In this document: positions 1 through 11,100 of the stretch, piece after piece
How the letters are laid out: each line of letters begins with the position of its first letter
Position numbering within the stretch: position 1 is the stretch's first letter
NCBI RefSeq assembly: GCF_009914755.1
Contig: NC_060930.1
Length of the DNA stretch: 64,000 bases
Strand: one strand, 5' to 3'
From: the human T2T-CHM13v2.0 reference genome, Homo sapiens
Notes under the pieces: generated by a model
Told to the model about the DNA's origin: nothing
The model's database searches: none
What the model saw: only the letters and a program-made list of their open reading frames with translations
Program-made: the position numbers and the translations under genes

Positions 1-199
1 AGCCGGCTTTGCCATATCCTGTTCTTGCTGATTTTTTTCTTTGTTGTCCTTGGACCCCCGGGAGGTGGGGAACTCTGCTCTGAAGGCTCTGAAGGTGCTT
101 GGGCCTAGCTCACCTCTTCACTGTGAGACCTGGGGAGGGAGAAGGAAGGCTGTCGGGTGGGAGCCCCTCAGGCTGCTCCTGGAAAGAAGTGCAGGACCA

Positions 200-430
200 C
201 AGATGGGCTCAGGTTCAGGAGTCAGCAGATCCAGCTTCAAGCCCCAGCTCCACCATCTCCACCTCGGTGCATGGACTACCTCAGTAAGCTCACTGTTATT
301 ATTCTTATTTGTGAAACTGAGGCAGTTAGATCTGTGTTTCAGAGTGTTTTACCAATTAGAGATGTGTTTAACTGCCTAGCACAGTTCCTAGCATGCATAA
401 AGTGTTGACTAAATGGTAGATATTAATGTT
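200..430 (+). mobile_element. MIR SINE (degraded)
   Basis: MIR core-like text and 3' end (cctagcacagttcctagcatgcataaagtgttgactaaatg); bounds approximate. Confidence 0.6.
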
Positions 431-490
431 ACTATCTTGCTTGGAGCTGCAGAGAATGGGAACTGAGGACTGGAGTGTGTTCAGACCTTA

Positions 491-805
<315 letters not shown>

Positions 806-1788
806 AAACAGAGCTCTTTGCAGGAGGTTCTTTGTTGTTTGGTGGTAGCAGAGTCACGGGGAACCCCTGGAGTTCAAACCCTTCAACTGGTGATCCTCCT
901 GCACAGCTCTGCCTCACTGCAGGGATGGGAGAGCCCACCCAGCCTGAGAAAGTCAGGCAGGCACCTTCCCCACTGTTCTCATTTGAGAAATTAATGAGCT
1001 TTCTGTTGAACTCCCTGAGAGGAGAAGAGAGGTTGGAGAGAAATCTACAGCCTTCTCTACAATTTGTTTTTCAAATATATTCTTCCACATAATGGCCAGC
1101 AAATGGCTGGTTGGTTGAGATGATGTTCTCCAGTTGGGGAACATGTATGGCTAATAGATTTGGGAGTCATTTTCTCCAAATACAGACTGCTCCTTATTGT
1201 GGGTTAATGCAGCCCTGTTGAACTACCCTGAGCAACATGACTTCTGAAAGATGGCCTGGTTAAGGTAAACCTCTGTGATCATATCTGTTAATGACACTAG
1301 CATTCTCCCTATTTTCTATTGTATTTTTGGTGACAAGTCATAGAGTTTGCCTTTAAAAGAGCTCAGCCTAAGAGGAGATCTGAATCCAAACTTCAGTAGT
1401 TATTTTCTGTGTTCTCCAGTCAAGTCAAAGCACTCTTTGTTGTCTTAATGATGCTTGGGACATAATAGAGGGCAAACTGAGAAGGTGTACGTAAATAAAA
1501 TTTTAAAAATATACAGATAAGGAGTGGGAAATTCACCCACATCCCTCCATGCATACTTAACCTCTGTTAACATTCAATACATATCCAAATTCGGAGTCTT
1601 AGTGTATTTACTGATTATAATTTGCTTTTCTTACCTAATAACTGCACGTTGTGGATATCTTACCATGGCAGCATCAATAAGACCTGGATTCAGATCGTCA
1701 TTCTAAAAAGGCTGAGTATTCTCTTGTATGGCTATATCATAAGGTTGGTTAGTTTGTTGTTGTTGAAACTTCTCCAACCATTAGATAC

Positions 1789-2120
1789 TGCACAGGGCAT
1801 TTTCCACCTGCCCTTCAGGTCCAGTTCCTACCCTTTTCTATCTGCTTATGTGTCGTGCATTAATAGGCCAAGGGGTTGTTGGATTGGTTTTGTCCCTCTA
1901 CTGAAAGCCACCACTCCTGGGAGGGACCTTCTCCCAATAGCTGTTCTCTCTGGGTTCTAGTAAACAGTCCTTCCCTTTGACCCTTCTGACCTAAGGCTCC
2001 TCACTGTGACTAGCTCCCCTCCCTGCACCTTACCCAAACCTGTGTAAATAATCCCATTACTAAGTTCCTTCAGGTGCACAATTTGTGCCGTCTTTTCCTG
2101 CAGGGACCCTGAGTGATACA
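1789..2120 (+). mobile_element. ERVL solo LTR, LTR33-like
   Basis: TG...CA ends; start tgcacagggcattttccacctgccc and end ttcctgcagggaccctgagtgataca resemble recalled LTR33 termini. Confidence 0.65.
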
Positions 2121-2319
2121 GCAGTTTTTGGCACTGTTTCTATCAACTCTGAGCAAGCATAGATGGCTGTATGCTGGAGCAGTAAACATGACTCTAGCAT
2201 GTAAATTGTAAATTAATCTTCATTTGCAAATGAACTGAAAGGCTTAGATATTCAGGGTGCTGGGAAGCAGGAGAAATTCATCATTTAACTGGAAGCACCA
2301 GAGCTGTGGCAGTAGAGTC

Positions 2320-2860
2320 ATGGCGGGACCAGCATTTAGAAAGTTTCTTTCACTCTTTGACTGAATATTGGTTGAAAGGAGTGCAGCTGAAACTGTAACC
2401 AAAGGAGGCATTATGCCTCCAGGAAAATCTCAGGGAGAAGTATCACAAGCAGCAGTGGTAGCTGTTGGATCAGGCTCTAAAGGAAAGGGTAGAGAGATTC
2501 GACCAATTAGCGTGGAAGTTGGAGACAAATTTCTTCTCCCAGAATATAGAGGCACCAAAGTAGTTCTAGGTGACAGGATTATTTCTTATTTAGAGATGGT
2601 GACATTCTTGGAAAGAATGCAGACAGAAATAAATCACTATTGAAATGGCATCACGTGAAGCTGCTCCTTCCACTGAAGTCCTAAAATATTTCATAATATA
2701 ATTTCCATGTCTTTCTTTATAATAAACTAAATTTCTAAATTTTATTTTAAACTTTCTTTATAATAAACTAATGATATATAAAGTAATGGCATCCAGTGTC
2801 TCTAAAACTTTGTTTTTCTGCACTGATATAGACATCTCCAAATAAAAATATGTAAATTTA
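2320..2860 (+). pseudogene. HSPE1P11: Processed pseudogene of HSPE1 (HSP10/chaperonin 10): intronless CDS 2320-2627 plus 3' UTR
   Basis: MAGPAFRKFLSLFD*ILVERSAAETVTKGGIM... matches HSPE1; CGA>TGA stop at 2362-2364, 1-bp deletion near 2576, native stop lost (AGA 2625-2627), AATAAA at 2841 then A-rich tail. Parent gene is secure; the P11 number is from memory of the locus. Confidence 0.93.
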
Positions 2861-4053
2861 ACAAAATTAAAAATCCAAAACTTTAAGCCTTTCCCACTTC
2901 CTACTATAAGAAAGAAACCTGTTCTCCCTTCATCAAGCTGGCAGTGTCCTCAGCATCTCAGCTGTGTGTTCCTGCGGCAGAGTCTCCTTTTGGTATGTCT
3001 TTATCCTCTGTCTCTTGCACAGTGTGATGTACCCACAGCACACACACACAGCACCAATTAACATCTGAGATAAATACCTTGTAGGAATAACAAAAATGGC
3101 TTTCTGGTCATATTGTGGTTTGAATGGATAAAAAGTTTGTGATGACCAGATTAGCCTCTCACCTGCCTTTGAATGGGATTAAAGTTTATGAAAGAGAAAA
3201 CCACAGAAGGCTGTTTGTCTACTTAGCATAAACATTGGAGTCATTTAAAACTTGGCTAAAGGCTTAAATGATAAATTTGTGTTTTGTAATCAGCTTTCAT
3301 AAATATTAAATAAGTGGGAGATGGGTGAAGAGCAGGGACATGCTTTGTATGCATTTTGTATAAGATGAGAATAATTTCTGGCACAGGATTTTGGGAATGT
3401 CCTGGCTTTGTCTGAAATGGTAGCTGAGGAAACCCTTGGCTCTTGAATCCTTTTCCTGAGAAGTGAAGTGGCAGCAACTGGGAGGGCACCCTTTCAGGCC
3501 AAGTCCAGAAGTGGCCTCGCCACCTCGCCCTTTCCAGCTCTGTCTCATTAGAGGCATGATGTCATCAAGAGACAAGCTGATTGGTTCAACTCCATAGAGG
3601 CTTTGGCTGCTTTTAACCCTTGGGGGTTAGGTGTGCAAAAAGAAGAATGTAAAATAAGGAGATTTGCATTTCCACTGATGATGACTAAATTTCCCACGCC
3701 ATATTCTGCAATGTGCATTGTTCCTCTTTATGTAAACAAGCATGCTGTGTAGTCTTTTGTGCTGAGCAAAGCCCTCCCGCCCTGAACAAGAATGTGACAC
3801 TCCTACCTCTGGGGAAAGATTAGGACCTGGAGTGTCTATTTAAGTTGTTTCCAAGTATACAGAGTAGTCACAACTGTTATCCTAGATGAAACACCCTTTA
3901 TATTTCCATTGGCTTTAGGTGGTCTGGTAATATTGAGGTAATTTGTTCATATTTTTAAAATAATCTCATTTATTTTATAGGCAGCCCTAAATAAACAGTT
4001 TTGGCCTTTCTATCAAAGTGATTTTTGTTAGCCTAGATTATATATGTGTATCC

Positions 4054-4104
4054 ACACACACACACACACACGCATATATGTATGCGATGTGTGTGTGTGT
4101 GTGT
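4054..4104. repeat. (CA)n and (TG)n microsatellites in inverted arrangement
   Basis: Read directly: (ac)n-cgcata-tatg-tatgcg-a-(tg)n. Confidence 0.9.
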
Positions 4105-5149
4105 ATTTATGTATGTTTATATGCATTTCCATGGCCTTGATGCTAACAGGAGAAACTCCACGGTGTTGTGAATGAGCGGGAGTTAGTCCTGGCTCTGCAA
4201 TTGACTGGTGATGAGAAAACTGGTGTGTTCAGCACCTCTCTCTCCCGCTTGCTGGTCCCTTGCTGCCATCACGTCTCTAACTGGACAGGTGCTGGAAAGC
4301 GGGGTTGGGGGAGTGGGGGAATGCACCCTCCCTGCTGCTGCCACTTCACTTCCCACCGATGCATTTCCCCATTGCTGCTGTCCCTATCTGTTACTCATCT
4401 GTTTCCCTCTTTCTTTTTGCCTTTGCTCTTTCTCCCCTTTTCTTCTATGCTTTTTTGTCTTTTTTTCTTCCTCCCTACTTTTCTCATTCATTTTTCCTTT
4501 TCATTCTTATTTTTACAGGTGGAGTTAAGGATAGGCTTCTCTTCTAGCCTCTCAGCCCTCTGTACCAGAGGGATTTTGCTTTTATTTTTTCTTTTTAACA
4601 TTTTTTCCAGGGTTGACCCACATTTCTATTCTGCACCAGCATTTCTGCCACTCGTGGTATCCGCAGGCCACCACACCCACCGCCAGCCCCAGTCCCCCAC
4701 TAAACAGCCTGGTTCCCTTTAGCTGCAGCAAGAGGGCACCATCAAGCACCAGGGAGGGAGCTGGGGTATTTGCAAAATCACCAGCAAAAGGAGAATTTTC
4801 CTTTTCTCCCTTTTTTGTTATGTTACAAACTGAAAGCTTGGGTGACAATGAATGTAGGTGACTATAGATGAGAGGAATTTGACCTTTATTCCAGTCCATA
4901 CAAATGCTGAGAATCAGAGAAGGAAACATTTTCTGGGATATTCTTTTTATACTTTGGTTCTGGTTTTGTATCTTGTTTTTCTAGTAAAGTATCAGTAGGA
5001 TACAGAGTGCGTGATTTTGTATGACTTTGGGAATAATAGTTCATTTTATATTATTCTAAGCAATTGTGTCTAAGAACAAGTAGAGGTATTTTACATAATC
5101 AGTAATAGTATAAAATTGAAGTATATTTGTATTACAGTTACACGTTCAG

Positions 5150-5480
5150 CTAATTTGTTGAGCACCTGCTCTGTTCCAGGTAGGCTGTAAGTGCTGGGGA
5201 TACAGCAATGAACAAAACAGACAAATCCTCTTGCCCTCATGGAGCTGGCTTTCTAGAAAGCTAGAGGGGAATGAGAATTTAAAAAGAATGAATAGGTAAA
5301 AATCGTAGTATGTAGTTGATGATGGGAGTGGTTATGAGAACAATACAGCCAAGAACAGGATTAGAGGGTGCGGTGGGAGGATTGCTGCCGTTAGGTGAGT
5401 CAGCCAAGGAAGGCCCCTTTGAGGAGGACGTGAAGGAGCAAGCTGTGCATGCTTGGGGTGGGGAGGGAGAAGCATGAGTG
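5150..5480 (-). mobile_element. L2 LINE 3' fragment
   Basis: atttgttgagcacctgctctgttccagg...ggggatacagcaatgaacaaaacagacaaa...ccctcatggagct. Confidence 0.8.
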
Positions 5481-8118
5481 GTTATTGGGCTACTTTCTCT
5501 TAATTAATTTCTCCTGTAAGAGAAATTTAAAATCCTACCCTACACTTAATATTGTCTTACAAATATACCTTATAACTTGACTTTTACTTTTAACTTCCTT
5601 TTTCTTTAGTCATGATTGCTACCTGTTGCCTTTCTCATCTTGGTTTTTTTCCTTGATTTCTTTATTTTAAGCTGTTGGGTGCATGCTTTTAAACATGCAC
5701 ATACCCACATTTTTAAAAAGCTATTGAACTAGAATGAAATCATAATTTCTCAAACTTGATCATTGTTCTTGTTGTCATCCTAGGCAAGGATGTTGGGTGA
5801 GTTCTGGCAGAGGGGCTGGGTTATAGGTCATTGTCTTAGGAAATGCCTTTCCATAAGCTCATTGCATACTCAAGGCAGAAATAAAATCTGAAAACCAGGA
5901 TCACGAAGCAAAGGGAAGAGAATTCAAAATTACTAAGACCAGAAGATGGCCAGAAATCTCAGAAATGGGAGATCCAGTGAGGGAGGCCAACTGATTGGGT
6001 GTTCATGGAGGCAGGGAAGGTGAGTTGAGGGTATGCCACCACCACTTGGAACACAGAAATGGTGCTGATGTCCTAAAAGAGCACTCACCACAAATAATTT
6101 GCCCTGATGAATCTTAAATACATCCTCTCAGGAGCCAGGCCCATAGGTAATTACAACCAGTAAGAGAGGGAGATGCTGGTGGCCTCAGACATTCTCTGAT
6201 CCTGGGTGGACTTAGGGGACATCAGGGTAGAGGGAGCTTCTTAGAGACCAGATATGAAGGTGGTCTGTGTGTATGCATGCACGCATGTGTGTGTATATAT
6301 CCCAGAGAAGTTTAATTTGTTTAGAGATATGCTGTGTGGTCAGAGTGGCAGCCAGATGGTGGGGGATAGGCTTTTTATTATGTAAGACTCTGAGAAAACA
6401 ATTAATCTGGACCTCATTTGCACTTCCTTTGAAATGTGTGACCCTCAGAAACAACACAGGGTCTTTTCCTGACCCCAGTGTTATGCCAGCATCCTCAAAG
6501 ATGTGCTCTCTGATCTCAGCTCTGTGAGATGAGATCAGATCATGGACGACTACCCTCCCTGCCTAGGGCTCCTTTATCCTGCTTTCTTCTCCATAGATGT
6601 TCCCTTTTGATGCTACCAGGTGAGTAGCCAGTGGGTAAGAAGAATGTCTGTGGCCTGTAGCTGCTGGGCAGGGCCAAGATGCTGAGCGAATCTTTCCCAG
6701 GTATCCTACTCTTGCTCACAAGCTCTAATGACCCAGTCTCTGGCGCCACAGGGCCCACCTGTCCATAACTCAAGGCAGCCTGTTTATTTGCCTGGACAGG
6801 TGGAAAACTGCCTAAGCTCACTAGGTGCCTACAAATGACAATTTATCTGGCAGTCTGTTCTTGGCTGTCCTGATTTAAACAGGCAAGAAGCCATTGTAAA
6901 CTCAGCTGAAATGTTGTGGTTTGTGTAAATGTTCTGGTTCCTTTCCTTTCCACTTTGGATCTAGTTATTTTCAACAGAACTTCCCCCAAAAGCATGGAAG
7001 AGCCTTATATCCATTATGCAGTGGGCATACAGTCCTGGTTTTGCAGCTTGGGCCCTCTGTACTGGGCCAAAGGACAGTGAAGAGTGCCGTGGAACTTGGG
7101 TGCAGTGGCAGAGGACTGGCATCCCATCTTCACACTGTACTTCAAGGGTGGAGATCTCCCAGCCTCAAGGTCATAGGCTGTTTCTGTGTCCTTGGAGGGA
7201 ATATATAGCTTAACCTCCATATCTAACTGTATGTAGAAATCTAGGCAAAGCTAACCCTAGAAATGGAATGTTTATACCTTAGGGATTTTGTATTTTTAAA
7301 ATTATAATACCTGAATCTAGGTGAAATTTTAAAGGTACCAAAGACTATATAGTGAAAAATAAGTCTTCCAGATTTTCAGTTCTTCTCCCTGGTGTTTTGA
7401 ATATCCTTCCAGAAATATTCTCTGCATGTAGAAGCATTTCTGACATGTTAAGCATTTTTCTTTTTAAAAGACAAAATGGTGCTGTCTCATGTGTACTGCT
7501 CTGAACCTTGCTTTTTTCATGTAATAGTAATTTTTTGAAAATCATTCTAATTGAGTACATGAAGTTTTCTTTTTTATTGTTCATAATATTCCATGGTGTG
7601 CATATACTATCATTTATTTTTGTTTCTTGTAGGTGGACATTCTACATGTTACCAAGCTTTTACTGATTAAAGCATTGCTGCAATGCAAATCCTTGTACAG
7701 AGTCATTGTAAGATGTTTCTAGAAACTGAACAGCTGTGTGAAAGAGTTTGTGCGTGTTAAATTTACTTTCCTACCCACAACATGTAAACACCTTATCAAC
7801 ATGAGGGTGGTCAGCCTTTTAGTCTCTTTTTGGTTAACAGATTGGTAATGTTATCTTATCTTGGGTTAGTTTTAAAGTGTGTTTCTTATTATGAGTGACA
7901 TTGGCATCTCTTTATATGTTTACAAAACACTACTTTCTATATTCCTTTTCTCTTTTTTTTTTAAACGTTGTTATTGAATTGATCTCTTTGTTACTAATTT
8001 GTAGAAGCTCTTTGTATTTGAGAAAAATTAGCCCTTTATCTATGATATGATTTGTCTTTTGGCCTTGTGGTATTTTTATGTTTTTTTTAACATGTGGAAA
8101 TTTAGAATTTTTATGTAG

Positions 8119-8449
<331 letters not shown>

Positions 8450-8504
8450 GACTTCTGCATTTTGTATCCCAGTTAAGAAGACTTTCCTTACTCTAAGATT
8501 ACAA

Positions 8505-8680
8505 ATATATGTATATTATTTGTATATATACATTATATATATTATTACATATACATATATAATTACATATATAATATATACTTATATGTAATATACAAAT
8601 ATATATTATTTGATTACAAATCTATTTTTTATATATATATAGTTACATATTCTATATATATACACACACACAAACACATA
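8505..8680. repeat. Degenerate (TA)n AT-rich simple repeat
   Basis: Read directly. Confidence 0.85.
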
Positions 8681-9239
8681 ATTTCCTCCTGATATTTTAT
8701 GGTTTCATTTTTCAGGTATAAATCTTTGTTTCTTCGGAATTCATTTTGCTATGAGGAGTGCTAGACATCCTGTTGATTTTTAGCAACAATTTGATCTAGC
8801 CCACTATTTGATTCACTTTTCCTGGTGATGAAACTAAAGCTTTGAGAGCTGAAATGACTTGCCTACGGTCTTAGGGTTGATAAATGTGGGAAACCAGTTG
8901 GAACTACATCTTCTAAGGATTGTATTTAGAATATAGGTGAGCTAAACCTTTATTTCAGCATTAATTAGCAGTTACTTTTCATTTCCTCTTGTTTCAACCC
9001 AAATTATTGCAGCTTTATCTTACTTTTTCCCTCTAACTGCAGACAAAAATATTGGTCTTTGTGTATGAAGGAAAGCAACTTACGAAAGGAGTCTCCTGGG
9101 AGAAGCATGTGTTTCCTTTTTTACCGTAATATTAAGACTCAAAGCATTTCTTCCCTTTACTGCTCTCTAAGATGGGGGGCTGTTAGGTTTTTCTTTTGTG
9201 ACTTGAAAAGTGAGGTGATGATTTCTGGCAAATTCTAAA

Positions 9240-9870
9240 ATTTGGAATTTGGAAGGAATCCTAGTTACCATGTAGTCCAGCTCCCTTATGAACAAAGTCA
9301 CTTCTGTGTTGTCTAAAAGTGACCTTCTTTACTACCGTACTTGACTGGTTTAAAAATAATAATAGTAACTAACTAAATAAATAAAAATGATCTTCCAACT
9401 TTTGCTTGTAAACCACAAGTAACCCCCTCTACCATCCACCGTTACGTCTATGAAATAATGAAAAATCCTTTCTCATATCCAGCTAAAATCTGTGACTTCC
9501 ACCCCATCAATTCTGGTTTTACCTTCTTGGTAGGTCATGCATGCAGTCCTCCATAATAGTTGTTCAGATATTTGAAGCTGCAATTATGTCCTCCCACCCT
9601 CAAACCTTCTCGTTTCCTTGCCAGGCAGGCACGCCAGTTTCTTCTCTCTCACCTCAGATGGCTTATTTTCAAACTGCTTTTGTCCCGGCCCTTCGGTGAA
9701 CATCCTCTTGAAATCGTATGACATTGTTACAGATGCTTGTACATAATGTACATTGCATGGTACACTATGATGAGATTTACATGTTGCAGGCCACCTGATA
9801 ATGCTTCATCAAGGGGTTTGATGCGCATCTTAGTCTCCTGAAAACTTAAGGGTTCAATCTGTCCGTGAGC
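9240..9870 (-). mobile_element. L3/CR1-like ancient LINE fragment
   Basis: ttcagatatttgaagctgcaattatgtcctccc...ccttctc resembles antisense L3; bounds approximate. Confidence 0.45.
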
Positions 9871-10789
9871 CCAAGTCAAAGACAGTGTGCACAATGCTTC
9901 CAGAGGTACCACACCTCCATCAGGAGGCCATACAGAAAGCGGTTCTGTGGAGTGGAGGTGTTTGTTGCCTTTTAAAGCTTTATCCTGTGATTTCTGCCCT
10001 GGAGATACAGCTCAGCCTCTTCCCTGTTGTGCTCTTTTGGCAAAATCAATGTAGCTTTTCCCCATGTCCCATCACATAACAGTGACTCTACCTACTCTCC
10101 ACCTAACAGCGTAATCGCCTGCTCTGGGCCCATGAGACTTGCTCAAGCATTTTTTAGCAGCTACATGACTCACTATGACCTTAATTTGCAGGTAAAGATG
10201 CTTTTGTACCAATTTTTCATTTGAAATCAATAGGACAGATAAGGCCTGAGAAAGCCTATGTTGTCTAAATGACCCTGAGCCAGGCCTTGTAAAGGGTCAC
10301 TCAAGTCCCCTTGTGCTCTTGACCAGAACCCTTCCTCCTCCTCCCCATTTTGTGCCAGTCGCCAGGGTTTCCTTCCAAAATCTCTCTCCTCCATTCAGAC
10401 TCACGTATCTGGGATCCTCAGCGGCCACCACCTCAGTATCTCCCTGCTTGCCTTTGGGCTTCTCTAGCTCATCTTACTTGTGGCTGCCTTACCATGTTCC
10501 TCAAATATTTTGTGTTATCCTCCCTTGACTAAAAACATCCTTGCTTCCCTATTGCTATGGTTCAGAGTCCAGACTCCTTAGCCTGGAGTGCATGATTCAC
10601 CAGAGAATGAGCCCATGGCCCAGCCTCTATAACTGGCCTTCTCTTTCATCTCATACCCTATTTTTCCAGCTCAGTTAATTCCTATACTCACTGTTTTCCC
10701 CTACACGTTGGTTTATACTATTCTCCCTACTTGGGTGGCTTTCTCCATTTCTTTTTGTTGAAATTCCACTGTTCATTAGAGGCTTAGTC

Positions 10790-11100
10790 ACTCATTCACC
10801 ACACTGATGGAGAGCCTACTGTGTGCTTAGGCTGGGCATACAGAAATGAAATTGTAAACAAACATGCAGCTTTTGAGGGACTTAGACCCTAAAGGGAGAG
10901 ATAGATATTAAGCAAGTACAAATAAAAATATTACCACAAATGAAAATAAGTGCTCTTGAAGAAAAGGAGCAGAGTGCTGGGCAAGGTGTGGGAGGTGAGG
11001 TGAGGCCCCATTAGATGGACTGGCCATGAGGCCTCTCTGCAGTCAGGCTTAGGGAGGCTGAAGGAGCTCAGTAGCCCAGTAAACAGTGTTGGGGCTCAGG
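10790..11100 (-). mobile_element. L2 LINE 3' fragment
   Basis: cactcattcacc...gagcctactgtgtgc...gctgggcatacagaaatgaa. Confidence 0.6.

Noticed and set aside
2368-2643. 91-aa ORF resembling HSP10 as a functional gene
   Set aside because: Starts at TTG downstream of a premature stop, is frameshifted near the C-terminus and is intronless: a processed pseudogene
6509-6539. 10-bp hairpin tctgatctca/tgagatcaga with faint antisense 5S rRNA resemblance
   Set aside because: Too short and diverged to call an RNA gene or pseudogene; a 10-bp stem can arise by chance in 64 kb
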